DNA from: Paraphysomonas bandaiensis
Lineage: Eukaryota; Protista; Chrysophyceae
DNA: 64,000 nucleotides
Assembly: GCA_965644295.1 (NCBI GenBank)
Contig: CBFFRP010000363.1
Span: 634,950-698,949 of the forward strand
Direction of reading: 5' to 3'
A program made the position numbers and the translations under genes. The notes beneath the pieces are model-generated. The model worked only from the letters and a program-made list of their open reading frames with translations, was not told the DNA's origin and did no database searches. Below are positions 46,666 through 59,679 of the stretch, piece after piece. Every line of letters starts with the position of its first letter. Position 1 is the stretch's first letter.

Positions 46666-48170
46666 CTACCAGAACTTAGAGCTAGTTATGAGAGCAACTT
46701 TCTGAGCGCTGAACTGTGGTTGCGAATCATAGGCCTTTTGCAATCGACTGCTACACTCTTCACGGGACCGCATTCTGCGGCTCTCCAATAGTCTCTTACG
46801 AGATCCGTTATGTGGCCCCACAAGTGTACGAGCAGTCATCGGTATGGCGGAGGTAGAGGTCCAAGCATTTGCGACCGACTTGTCTGTAAAGAAGTTGTGC
46901 TTGATGATGTCGTGGTCAACAGACTCCATGCAGCTTAGCATCTCTTCTGAGCTTCGTCCTCGTAGTGAGTCCTCAACTTGCTTCAAAGTATTTAATGTAC
47001 GCTCAAAGTTATTCGCGGTTTCTAGTGCCCGTACATTCTCTTTATGAGTGGCGTTTGCAATCTTTGGGCCAAATACATGGCTGTTGTCGCGATGTTTCTT
47101 GAAGAACTCGTCAGCGATCACATGCTGGGCCACCTTCTTTTCATAGGGGTCAATGAGCCCATTCCCATCAAAATCAAAGCGCTTCGCAAGACGATAGTCA
47201 TCCTGACTTACGTAGCCATCGCCATCCTGTTAATCACCCATAACTGTAAGATTATTGTTGTGTATATAATATTATAAAATACTGCCACATAGATTGCACG
47301 AATATAGACAAGCGGCCACAATGATAGTACAAACCCCCTCTATGTAGTAGTGCAGTCATTGCAATCAAATACAAACTACACTGACACAATATGCTACTAA
47401 TACAATGGTAGCAAGGGTGCAATTTCATTAGCACGAGGGTACCAATATCTTAGAGGTGCCACATGTCCTGCACATTGCGGCAGAACTTACGATATCATAG
47501 CTTCTATGAGGAATGGATGCAGATTTTATCTGCTTCAACAGTTCTGTTCTCGTCTTGCACCTTGCAAAGTTGTTCACCTTCGGGTCAAGGAATACAGATC
47601 TGTTTGGATACTCCATAGAAGCCCGTGGACGAGAAAAAGGATTAAATTGATTCATCACCTCATCGTCTTCTCTCTGTTGCCTGCGTTTTTCCGTTTCAGA
47701 CATCTGCCGAACCCTGGGAAGTATTTCATTCTATAGCACGCATCACCACTATCACATCCATGTAACAATAAATTGATATAAGTCTTACTGTGGGCAGGTC
47801 TGAAAGCGGGGTCATCGCACGTGCACGAGAACTGCCGATCGCACTCTGACTTCGACTGCTATACATTGATTCTACAGGAATGTAGGTTCTACCGCTAGTG
47901 GTTCTTGTTTTATCTATCGGTGATGTCAACGACTGTATACAAAATTGAGGGGGTCGGATGTAATCATAAGATGCAGGTGCATACCATGCCGTTTAGCTGT
48001 CTTCCTGGGTCTTGCCGACCGGAGTTTCGCGGTACAGAGCTTCTGGCACTCAGAGGTGTAACTTTGGTTTTCCTTGATGAATTATGTGAACTCACTGGTG
48101 AAGTGATCTCTTGTGCATTTGAGGACGAGTTGATTCGACCGGATGGGGTGCGTGCCCGTCTCGGTATCAT
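46666..48170 (-). CDS. Multi-exon protein with an EF-hand-like pair
   Basis: The spliced segment SYDI|DGDGYVSQDDYRLAKRFDFDGNGLIDPYEKK contains two DxDGxG loops. N-terminus is basic and Ser-rich. Termini are approximate. Confidence 0.75.
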
Positions 48171-48780
48171 TCCACTCAATGGTAAGAGCCGCTATCAGCG
48201 GCAGATCGATACTAGGTGCATACTATTGTAGCGCCTCCTTATTCCAACTATCGAACTTGCACTTGCTACGATATAAGTGACTCCTCGCAGTTAAGGTGTG
48301 CGGTGTATACAGTGAACCTCGTTGCAGTTATCATCAGCGCCTGTATGATATAGTATAGTATGATATCTACGGTGCGTGTGTATCATCACACTGCTGTCAT
48401 GGTGTTCATTGTAGATTCGTACTGTATTCCGGTATTATGAGTGATGGTACATTCAAAGAAACACGTAGCTAGGAATTCCTAGTACAGAAAAGAAAACGGT
48501 CGAAATACTACACTGTACAAAGTTCAAGGCGATGTAAAAATCCATGGGTTTTAAAAAAATAAATAATTTCTAATTGATCGAAAGTATGAAAATCTGTGAA
48601 AATTGAATATTGGTCGTATGTACTTAGTATGTAGTATGTTGTATTCTGTTTGATGTCATGAGACCGGGCGCCTGTACAGCAAGAAAAAAAGTTCCGTACG
48701 TATCGGCAGTCAGCATCTTATAATATATAGTGTGTGCTCGTCCGTTTACGCTGATCTACGAAATCTAGTAGGAATTCCTA

Positions 48781-48975
48781 CATAGAGACGTTTTTTGACA
48801 AAGTGGACCAGCCCTCCACTTGTCGGACTGTATTTGGTCCCACTCGAAATAAAAAAATTGTGGTCATTTTGACCACAATTTCAAAGCTCTACACTCACAT
48901 TCCATACGAAAAAATACAATACAAAAAAATAAAGTGGGACCAGACTGGTCCGCTTTGTCGAAAAACGTCTCCATA
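48781..48975. mobile_element. MITE-like inverted-repeat element (about 195 bp)
   Basis: About 30-bp imperfect TIR: catagagacgttttttgacaaagtggaccag versus the reverse complement tatggagacgtttttcgacaaagcggaccag. Central hairpin aaattgtggtca/tgaccacaattt. No clear TSD. Confidence 0.7.
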
Positions 48976-49199
48976 GTTGAAGGCACAGTAGTGTACATAT
49001 GTACATATGCTTCCATATACCAGGTATACAGGTACAAAAGTACGTACGACGGGGGTGTGAATAATTCTGGGAAATGAGGAGAAAACTTCCGGCAGAAGAT
49101 ACTCTCTATATACTTCTACATTCGCTCATTTGGACATCAGTGGAGAAATATTTCACTGCATAGGAAGGAAGTAGATAACTCGCCAGAGACAGATAAAAC

Positions 49200-50264
49200 A
49201 TGTCATCAAGTATTTCTACTGAGGATACATCCTCTACGACACCAAATCTATCAGCTGAAGGTGTGAGATCATGGCAGCAGAGAGTGCAAAGGGCACAGTC
49301 GAAGCGTAGGAGTCCTCAAGAGCTTCTCAGCATACAGGAAAAGGCCACTCGAAATCAGAGAGCTTTGAAGTCTGCAAAAACAGCGAAGAGATTAGAAAAG
49401 GCGAACTATTTATCGTCAGCATCGAATGTGATGACTCTTCAGAGGTTCGCGTCTCCTTTGACAGATGTCGGTGACATATATGAGTCCAGCGCAAGAATGA
49501 ATAGGTCATGGGCGAACGACATTCAAAGATCTGCGAAGTGCCGATCTAATTTATCCGAAGCAGAGGATGAATGCTATAGGGATCTTGACGAAGTGACGAT
49601 GGCGATTTCCTCGGAAGTGTTACAGGCCCAACCTCGCGGTGAGACTGTTCCACAGGTATTGAACACAGTGCTTACTTATGATACAATGGGACACGAAGAA
49701 CGAGTAGCATGCGCGAATGCAATGTCCTCAGAACTTACAAACTTGCTTGAGCAACTTGCCAAAGAACCCACTGATGATAGGGAGTTGACAGCCAAGTTTG
49801 CACTGTACGAATCTTTTCTTGAAACTGTAGTGACTATACGCGAGGAGACGATATCCTTCTGGGAAGAGAATATGGATCTTTTTACAGGCGGAAGTAGAAC
49901 AACCGCCCAAAGAGATATTGACAAAATAGATTCCGTGGGGGCCATGGGAATTGAAGTTGATCCGCTTAAGTGGTTTGTGTATCACATGGCACTCAAGGCC
50001 AGCGATAACAGTCGGCGAATATCAAACATATTGGGGTCACTAAGACATCGACTAGAGATGTTGGGATCACAAGAAGATTTAGGTGAATGCCCATTTTGTC
50101 TGGACGAAATGACCTCTATGGGGGCTTCGCGAACCACCGTCCTCGGATGCTGTCATAGAGTGTGCACTGAGTGCTGGGAGCATTGGAGCGGCATGAGAGC
50201 ACCCCATCCAGCGTTTTGCCCTCTGTGTAGACATGAGGAGTTTGTTGTAGAGTTGCTTGGGTAG
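49200..50264 (+). CDS. C-terminal RING-HC (C3HC4) finger protein, putative E3 ligase
   Basis: CPFC-x-CCHRVCTEC-x-CPLCR. Intronless 354 aa. Confidence 0.88.
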   Translation: MSSSISTEDTSSTTPNLSAEGVRSWQQRVQRAQSKRRSPQELLSIQEKATRNQRALKSAKTAKRLEKANYLSSASNVMTLQRFASPLTDVGDIYESSARMNRSWANDIQRSAKCRSNLSEAEDECYRDLDEVTMAISSEVLQAQPRGETVPQVLNTVLTYDTMGHEERVACANAMSSELTNLLEQLAKEPTDDRELTAKFALYESFLETVVTIREETISFWEENMDLFTGGSRTTAQRDIDKIDSVGAMGIEVDPLKWFVYHMALKASDNSRRISNILGSLRHRLEMLGSQEDLGECPFCLDEMTSMGASRTTVLGCCHRVCTECWEHWSGMRAPHPAFCPLCRHEEFVVELLG

Positions 50265-50881
50265 CAGTATCAGCATAAGAAGAATCTGACAACAGTAGAA
50301 GTGTTAGTTTTTCCGTCTGCTATTTTCCGAAGCTCCAACTACAGTAGTAATGTAGCAATAGTGACAGACTGGCTTATACAAATGCCTCCAAGAACAGCGA
50401 AATGATCGCGATTATTTTATAACGATTGCCGTAGTCACCAATAGGGCGACAATATAGCACACCTGATGAAGCCATAACGTTCACTTATCACTTAATAACG
50501 AAAAACAATAATATGTTTTTTCAATGTATCCCTACACCTATATATGCTACACTTAATTCAAAATGATCCTACCATATTAAGTCCGTGTGTAATCAATATA
50601 TTCGATAACAGTTACTATGCAGATGCTGATCAAAACTAGTGCGATAGTGTTTATTATGAACACTTTTAACTCGTGCTTTGTTCGAACTACAATACTTGAT
50701 GCATCTATGCTGCTTGAATCAGCGTTTCAATGATACGGTTGTGCCTACTTCAAATTTCTATGTCAGTACGCAATATGTCGTCCCAATATTGAGTGGAACA
50801 TATCACATAATACAGTTCCATATCTACAGGCTATACAAAGACATTGAAGGAAAATATAAAATGTACGCCAATCACGAAAAA

Positions 50882-53148
50882 TTAAGAAGTAATCGAATCT
50901 GTTAGCAAGCACATCATACGATCGACACACATTTCCCTCTCCCTCTCTGTATCAAGATTCCACCGACTCATCATCAAAGTAGCTGACGATTGTGTCACCA
51001 TCTTAATTTCCGTACCACTCTCACTATCACCATGTATATATTGATAAAGCGCATCACATGATGATTTTCCTTCCCAATGTGTGCCTTCCATTTCGCCTAA
51101 CATAAACGATCCAATCAGAATTGGTTTCGTGTTAGTGAGGCACCGTTCTGTATCTGTGTCTAATCCCAAAGGAGTCGAGTTCAATATACGAACTAAAAAA
51201 GTTCGTGATACGGCAGTGGTGCAATGTATCGCCGTAATATTTGAAAGAAAGGAAAGATTTTCATTGTGGTACACCCAGCAGTCATCGTTCGAAACAGACG
51301 TTGTCAACAGTTTTCTAGTGTGCAGGCATTTGTGGCAGGGTTTCACACACACAACTGCAATATTTCGTAGGCCACATGCCACAAGTTCACACAAAAAAGA
51401 AACTACCTTCGAGTGGGGATCATCCAAATATGTCGTGGAGGTGTCTTTGCAAAAGAGAATTGCTCTCTGCACTCTATTCACACTATAACGCAACGTTATT
51501 ACATTAGCCCATACGGTGCATACAGGATATCAATCCGTCATAAACATCGTATAATTCAAATTACAATATACATAAAACCCACCTCGGACAGCTAGGGACA
51601 GCGGTGTTGCTCGATGCGGATATTGTGAGTGGAAATGATTCGAAACCCCACTCGGCACTACGTAATACTTCCACTAGCTGTCACACATGGACCATTACCA
51701 AGATCGAAACATAATAGCATACTCACGTAACCCTAATTTTAACTGTTTGGTATAAAGATAAGCTATTTATACCTGCAGCTGTTTATCTAAGGATTCGCAT
51801 AAAAACTGTACGGACCCATCACCCTGAGAACCGACGCCTTTCGCTGCCAAACAGAGGCTGCGTAGAGTAGGATTGTTTAGTGCACGCCGAAGCGCCGGAG
51901 CTGCTAATTCGGTTACACAATTCTGAAGGCACAAATTAGCAAAACTTAAACCCAGTCATGAAAGTTAGCGTATAATAGACACAGCAACAAGAAGTTAGCA
52001 CACTCATCAATGTTAAATTCTTAAGGCAGTGGCTGCAACCTGAACAACATGGCTATCGAAGAGCGTTTGTGCCTCATTCATAGCAGCTGCCAGTGAGCTA
52101 ATATCACCAGTTTCAATGGCAATTGCCGCCTTGAAAGCAATGTCTTGGTTATGTCGGGCATAGATATGCATACCATGCTGCGCAACGACAGTAGTCACTT
52201 TAACATCCACTAGTACACGGCGGAATACCTGTGTCCTCCCGGTCGGAATGGGAAAACAGTCATTTAAACAGCGTAATATTGTAACAGTATCCTTTCCAGC
52301 CTTCATATCCGCCACAACAAAGTATAAGTTAGTGGGGCAGTTGAGCAAAGTGAGTCTACTTCTTGGCCCATTGAATTCCATGAGCCCTATCCTGTCGCGG
52401 CCCATAGCCACACACTGGTCCATTCGACCACACCTACGGCGGTTCATGAAAAACTAATATAATGCAAACAAATTGTGATGCAAAGGCAAAAAATATCAAG
52501 CTGATCTTGATAGTGTGTCACCTGCTCAGTGTGTTCATTTCGCCCTGATAAGCAAGCTCCATGACTTCGCTCATTGGCATCTCTAACCGATGGAGTTCAC
52601 AGAAACAGCGTACAACCAGAACACACACAGCAGCAGAGCTGCTAAGACCCTTCCTCATTGGAAGTGTTGTTTTATAGTTGTCGATATGCATCCCATATTG
52701 TTTTAGTAGGGCGTCATAAACTGGGACTTCCATGAGTGCCAGCACTGTCCCTTCAGAGTATATTGCAGCACTTGTCAGCATTCAATTCGCTAGTCATATA
52801 TCAGGACTATTACCAGCAATATAGCTAAAAAAGTTATCAGACTTTGCAAGTAGCTGTAGTTGATACTTGTCCAACTGCACGTTGAGTGATGGACTGTCAC
52901 TGAGAGGGTTCCCAGAACTGCATTCAAACTTTAGGTAACAGGGGCCACAATAATTGCATCGCGCATAAAGCCCTTCCATTGTCACACATACAACCGTCAC
53001 ACCTGATAGATGATGTGAGTCCGTCCTCTGATATTGCTGCTCAGAGCGACTTACCCACAGGAACAGCTGCATTATCCGCTCGATATTCGCCTGCCCAATC
53101 CGTATGCTCGCCAAGAATACACAGTCTACCTGGCACAAAAACTTCCAT
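50882..53148 (-). CDS. GHMP-family (galactokinase/mevalonate-kinase-like) kinase with C-terminal extension, multi-exon
   Basis: Exon 1 MEVFVPGRLCILGEHTDW, then LPMRKGLSSSAA, CGRMDQ and AAKGVGSQGDGSVQFL. The 203-aa ORF at 51493-50882 is probably the last exon (inference). Confidence 0.8.
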
Positions 53149-53515
53149 TTTGCTTATTACTCAGAACAAGGAACACCTCACTCAGTCTATATGCCCACAG
53201 TGGAGCAATGCATGCTCACCTGCAGCGTTGGTCGTGGTATGGATCCATCATGTGGATATACAGACAGCAGCTCAGCACAATCATATACTCATAGAGAATA
53301 CAGGAATACCAGGTATACTCATACGTATTCGGTGCTCTAGAGTGAGGTGATCGTGTGTGCGGTGAATTCGCTATAGTAGTAGGTATACTGTATACTGCTG
53401 CGTATACTTACCATCATGTGGGTGCGTGGATATGGACACTTGCATATGAGACGAGGAGGTGGGTAGACAAAGACAACCAGAGCACAGCGTCTGAGGAGCG
53501 ATACAAACGATCTCT

Positions 53516-55327
53516 ATGTCTGCATTTGCGGCTGCTCATGTGAGTAGGGATGACTATAGTGTGGACCGGTACGCGCAGCAGGGGGCTCTAGGAGTGGTGT
53601 GGGCTGGAACTAGACACAGCGATGGTAAGAGGGTCGCTCTAAAGTTCTTCGGATACACCCGCCGCGAGCCCCGTATGTCGGACATAATGAGCGAGATAAA
53701 TCTTCTGTGTTCTTTGAAGGACGTGGACGGAATAGTTCAGATAGAGGGCATATTTCACGACACGGATGAGGGGCTGCTCGAGAATAAACAGTTTAAGAAG
53801 CCATACCCTGTCATTGTGTTAGAGTGGTTGGAAGGGGGAGCGCTGTTCGAACGAATTCACCAACGGAGTACCGTGTCTGAAAGCCAACTTGCAAAGATTT
53901 TTTCTAACATAATTCGGGCTTTGGACTCACTTCATCGACGCGGCTATGTGCATCGGTTTGTATATAAGTGTCCTATATATATCTCTTTTATCAATATATA
54001 TGCTGTTGTAGAGATATTAAGCTGGAGAATATAATCCTAGTTAACAATGAGGACGACTCCCCGGTTAAGGTGATTGACCTTGGCCTTATGGTTCAACTAC
54101 CGGATGGGTCAGACGAATACACTGACCGTGGTGTGTTGGGCACAGCTGGATGCTATGCCCCCGAGTCCATAGAAGCATATACGTATTCCCCAAAAACTGA
54201 TCTGTGGCAAGCAGGGTGTGTGCTGTATAGCTTGCTCAGTGGGTTGCCACCCTTTCATCCCGACTACCCCTTGCAGATCACAAACCACACCTACTACGAC
54301 ATGAAAGGGACTGGGTGGGATTCTATATCTCCCAGTGGGAAGAACTTGGTGGCAGGGCTGCTGGAGAAAAATCCCACGGCGCGATTGTCCTGTGCAGATG
54401 TACTAAACCATCCCTGGATCATTCATCTCGCCCCTGAAATCGACCTTGGTGCTGAGTACTTCTCGCGAATAAAGAGTCTCGCACACAGGCAGCAATTGAA
54501 GTCATTCTTCCTAATGAACAATATTCAGACCACCAATAGAGATCGACGAGAAAGACTGAAAAGTGTGCTCCCGTTCCTTCAATCGGAAGCACCGTGTCGC
54601 AATACAGCTGGTGAGTTCGAGGGTAAGCTGAGGAACATGAAAAACATGGTTGTGCGCTCTCTGAGTCCTACTAAGAGTGGAAGTTCCATAACGAGTTTTC
54701 AGCAAGGAACTCTAAATATTCCTTCTGGAAAGATTAACTATGGTACGTATGTATCACTTCTCCTGCGCTCAGGTCTTCCGGAGCTAGCAAATCCTCAGGT
54801 GTTCAATATTTTTGACATAAGCCGTAACGGATACATCGATATGAAGGAATTTTTGTTAACGATGCTGGCTTTCAAGCCTTCTGCGAGCGAGGGAGGTATG
54901 GATATAGACGAGAGGGAGGAGGCAGCTAGACTCTATTTCAGTGTATTTGATATTGATGACTCGGGAACGATTGATTTGCATGAGTTACGGCTAGTAATGG
55001 GGTGTTTACTTCAGGTTCTCAACAGTCTTGTCATGGTGTTGTGATAGTTCATTGCGTGGGTGTAGAGTTCGCACTCTTCTGTAATGTTTAACTGGTGTGT
55101 TTTTGGTTTAGGATGATACGCTGAGTCCACAGCTATTGGAGGGAACATCCCCTGCGCTAGCCCAACATAATGCCATTAATATCGAGGAGTTGTTCGACCT
55201 TATCGATGTCTCTCACAATGGCGAGATCGATTTTGAGGAGTTCAAGAGTTTCTATGATGCGGTTACAGTGCATACCTCATCACGCATGCTCAGTAGATCG
55301 AGCAGTCTGTGTTCATTTGGGGGCTGA
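53516..55327 (+). CDS. CDPK-like Ser/Thr kinase with C-terminal EF-hands (introns about 53956-54010 and 55015-55111)
   Basis: VALK, HRDIKLEN, DLG, APE and DLWQAG. EF loops DISRNGYIDMKE, DIDDSGTIDLHE and DVSHNGEIDFEE. Confidence 0.92.
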
Positions 55328-55829
55328 GCTTGAACCGCATGCACTGGCAACGCCATCTAACCACAACGCTGTTGTGAATACATCTGAAACTCTCACGGAT
55401 ATTTTTGTATTGATGGGTTACGACTCTTGTGTGAAATTTGTTGCATTTGCCCGCTTAAGCTCTTGGAATGTTAGGTGTATGATTCTTATATCTAGGTGTA
55501 GTTTGTTGTTTTTACATTGTGGCGAATCATCGAGATCTTGCTGAATGTTCTGTGGCATGGATACTTGTTCTTTAATATCTAAAGCTATAAGTAATATATA
55601 TGTATTATTAGTGATTGGAATGTGGTTTGAACATTTTACAGAATATATATCTCCGACAAATTTCTCACTAAACGAATGCAAAAACACTAAAGGGTTGATG
55701 GAGATTTCGTTCTATGGGGTCTGGTGTGTGACACGTCCTTCGTCAACACACCAGCACCATATTTTATACGCTTTATATCTTTTTATATTACACATTGTCA
55801 GTACGATATGCATCCTTTATTATTCTATA

Positions 55830-56185
55830 TGAGTTACCAATTATGAATCAGACCATCGAATCTGCTGTTGTGAATGCCCAAAGCGGGTTGGAGCCCAAAT
55901 AGTTTTTTGTTCGACAGAACTAATGAAGAAAAAGGAATGAGAAGATGATGGTGTCGACTCACTGACAATATGACACCAAGCGCACCAAGAACAAACCAAC
56001 TATAGTACCGCTGCATGAAGCAATTATGTAGAAAGGCTTTTCAGTAGAGTAAAAACCAACCTGAGTAATCTGCGCAATTCTATGACACCTCATCGATTGG
56101 AGGCCCTTATGTTCTTGGGCTTTAATAGACTCCTGTGGAATGTATGTACGTACAGTTGAAGATGCTATTCGTGCTTGTGATGAGT
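55830..56185 (+). pseudogene. hAT-like transposase C-terminal remnant
   Basis: ESAVVNAQSGLE followed by SNYVERLFSRVKTNLSNLRNSMTPHRLEALMFLGFNRLLW (hAT dimerisation-domain pattern). Stops are present. Confidence 0.75.
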
Positions 56186-57324
56186 AACTAATTTAATTTA
56201 TTTGAGAGAGTTAGGGTTAGGCTTGAGAGAGTTGTCCTCACAGTGTAACTCAGTGGCACAACAGAAGAAGGCAGAGGGAGCACTTGAAGAGGATAAATAT
56301 GCTTCTGACAACAACCAACCTTCGGCTGTGGAATATGACGATAACTATTCCGAAGAAAGTGCTTCGACCACAGACTACTGTAGTGTTGTTGATGGTGTTG
56401 ATGAGAGTGTCAATATCATTACACCAACAGAACCTGAGAATGTGGATGTTGAGGCGGGTGGACCTGTCATTGAAGTAGAGCCCGTCGTTTCAACTTTCAT
56501 ATTCGTTGAATCGTTTCTAACGGGTTCTGAATCTGTATCTGTTATGGTAGGACAGACTATAATATGAAGTTAGACAATAATTGCCAATTAAATTGCAATT
56601 ATAATTGCGCGAGCTATAACAATTCTGTACGAGTTTTATAAAATTCAAAGGTACATAAGATGTTGATATTATATGTATAAAATACAATATCACAGAAATA
56701 TTTTAACAAATATTCAACCTATGTGTTGAAAATATGTGATTGATAGTAGTGAGAATAATATATATAATATAGTATACAGGAAATTACAATGAATGATGAG
56801 AGGTTTTGGTTATAATTTTACTAAATGATTCTCCCTATTTTGTCTCAAAAAGTGTGTTTCTGGCCTAAATTGGGTTCAACAGAATGCTCATATTATTAGC
56901 ACCGGCTCATCTGATGCTAAAGGCGATTTGGAGCAGTGGAGCCCAAAACTTTCTTATCATGCTTTTTAGGATATTATAAACTGGGGTTTATATATAGAGT
57001 GGCAATTCGTAGTAGCAAAGTAAAGCATTCAGCAACAACATTAATAGTAAGTGTTTATTCATACCTTATTATATTATATATTTATTGGAAGCAACCCCGC
57101 AAGTCTGGTTTGTGCATACTGATGCACACAGCATTTGCGTCGGCAGGTGCACTACATCTACTGACAGACGTTATAAGCGTGTTGTGTATATATATAAAAA
57201 TGTAATGATGGTACCAACAACGACAACCAACTACAATTTTTTACACTTATCATACTTCGAAATTGCTAACATCATACACGTTATTCTAAAAAGTGTGAAA
57301 AATTAAAGTAAGAGGTCCAAAGTT

Positions 57325-57812
57325 GTCTACACAAGTGACACTTATTTGTGTCTCTTGTTGCACCACACAAGCGCTCGACTATGAGTGGACAGAATGTTAT
57401 CTGCTGTCTATGATTGCGGCTCAGGTTAGTTTCCTGAACCCCCTCCCCGCCCCCGGATACCTTCTATAGGTGAGCCCATTCCCGGGTCACATAATATTAT
57501 ATATATATTTCTACTCTTCATGATTTTGTTAGCTACACACGGGCTTTAACCGGATCAATAACCCCTGTCCATTGGATAGAATCTATTTGTTTTTACTTTA
57601 TTAAATAATCTCTTCTAATATATATCATTCATACATGAGTGTCTTTTCACTATTGTGGCTACCTCTTCACTGCTACAATATATATATTTCGCTGACAAAT
57701 AAACCGGCATCTGGGAATTGGTCCTCCTCTCAAGGGTATCCGGGGTATTGGGCTGCCTGCTGAAGTCAAGTATCCGATCTGTTCACCTTAAGAACTCAAA
57801 AATCTTGAAGTA
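57325..57812. repeat. Dispersed bipartite repeat family Y, copy 2
   Basis: Two modules homologous to 24420-24530 (inverted) and 24541-24660 (direct). Confidence 0.8.
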
Positions 57813-57889
57813 AGCAGATGTCAGGTACATTAACTTTTTGCTTGCTCACTGCGTTTGCTTTGAGTAATAGAGCGAAAGCGGTTGCGCCT

Positions 57890-58045
57890 TGGTACTTGTT
57901 GCGATGACGCACAAGCATCTGTCGTAGCGTTAAATAGAGTACAGTAGTAGGATATCAGATTTAAGCACTAGAGTTAGTTAAATTGTTTTGCTACATTAGT
58001 TTCGACTCTTACACGCCTATATATTGCTAAAATAATAAGCCATTT
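57890..58045. repeat. Dispersed repeat family X, copy 3
   Basis: Homology blocks shared with 4510-4680. Confidence 0.6.
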
Positions 58046-58064
58046 TCACTACTACACTACTAAT

Positions 58065-59077
58065 TAGGGCCCCTCTCTGGTAACCATAAATGACCCATTA
58101 ATGGTAGTCCAGTTCCCGACAATTATAATGGCCATTAGTACACCTATAAGTAGATAATATATACCGCTCTGAATATATATAGAGTGCGATGCTCCCTTAA
58201 TTACTAAAATTTAGTGTAAAAAAGACTACGAATCGCAACTACATCTCGATCTCCCCACTCTGCCAGGCACATCAGGATCATCTTGCAGGGCTTCATGGAA
58301 GACATAAGCATCCCACAACATGTAATTGGCTCGTAGGAGTAGCTACGATTCTAGACGATATGGAGTCGTGTTTCTACGCTCAGGTGTCATTATCAAATTT
58401 GCACGACTACAGAGCCTCTCAACAACAATATTAGGTTGTGTTTCGATATGAAGCAAGCAGCGGTAGCTGCACTCATAGGTACCAAGTCGAGCTCTCTTTG
58501 TGACGTCGGCGCTGTCCTGAACACCCTGTGCACAATCAGTTCCTGCACTTTTGTCGTGATTGCTGTCGAATGAGGGCAAACTGCCATTCTTAAACGTATT
58601 TAGATCTTTCATCAAGGAGTGCCAGAAAACAAACATAAAGCCCGAACGAAGGAAGGTGATTGGGTGGTCCTGCGAATTCACTCAGAAGAAGACTCAAAGA
58701 GACTGTAAACTACACTGCCATCAGCGGTTTTGGCCATCATCGTTGCTTAATATATGGTATAAATACAGAGCATAATTACTTTGTTTAGTTGTGTACTGTA
58801 GCTTATTTCAACTTTGGGGAAAACGAATATTTACATGAATGTTTTCCAGGTGAAATATGCATATTTTCAATGTTTTTTTAGGTTTATGAGTTGGAGTATG
58901 TTGTTTTGTTGTTGCCCAGGAAAAGATTTTCTGACTCTAAGTTTGCTACTGATAATGAATATCGTTTAACATTGCGTAGTAGTATATAGCGTATATCAAG
59001 TACCAGTACATTCCATTAATGAGATGCCATTTCCCGGCAATTATAGTGGCATTACCATTAACGGTTACCAGGACCAG
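58065..59077 (-). mobile_element. Old non-autonomous hAT-like element
   Basis: Degenerate TIRs around ctggtaacc/ggttaccag and a flanking direct repeat ctactaat (58057-58064, 59078-59085). Internal minus-strand VERLCSRANLIMTPERRNTTPYRLES*LLLRANYMLW is related to 55830-56185. Confidence 0.7.
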
Positions 59078-59679
59078 CTACTAATTGTTTCAAGATTATA
59101 CATTACCCACCATTGCGATTGTTGACTTCTGTACATTATCAAACAATTAGATCGTTAAAAAGAAGTTTATAGTAATTAAACGAGCAAACTAGATATAGAC
59201 TCGATTATGATTGCATAGGCAATTATGAGTTATCATGCTAAACACATCAACAACATAATTTTATACTTTTTTCATATCAACCTCTGATTAGCTTCCGTAT
59301 CTTGATACTTCAGTTTCACAGTCATAGCTATATAGTAGTTTTGACTACGTATTACAGTTTTTCACATTGTATTTAACGTATTCTACAGTACAATCTTAGA
59401 GAACCATACGTATTTCAACAGCCCACTTATAGCTAAATGATTGTGTGGTAAATAATTACTACTATACCCTAACCAATCGGCCACGTTACATATGTCAATA
59501 ACTGTTCTGCATTTCGAATCATTTTCAAAGTATGTATTGCAAAGAAGCCATAGAATTAAGGTTTCCATTGCCAGGTGGCACACAAGTAGCTAGAATATGT
59601 TAATCCACAAAGGTGCTTTAAATTAACGCATCGCATTCCACATGTCCCCACATCAATTGCATGGCGTTGCATTAACTAC

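Noticed and set aside
50463-50505. ctgatga...gaaa hammerhead-like core
   Set aside because: The intervening and flanking sequences do not form stems I-III.
56202-56567. 121-aa acidic ORF
   Set aside because: Non-ATG start, low complexity, and embedded in transposon debris.
57385-57420. SECIS/K-turn-like ATGA-stem-AA-stem-TGAT hairpin
   Set aside because: The stem is only 7 bp, the GA is not kept in the homologous copy at about 24440-24475, and no selenoprotein gene is adjacent.
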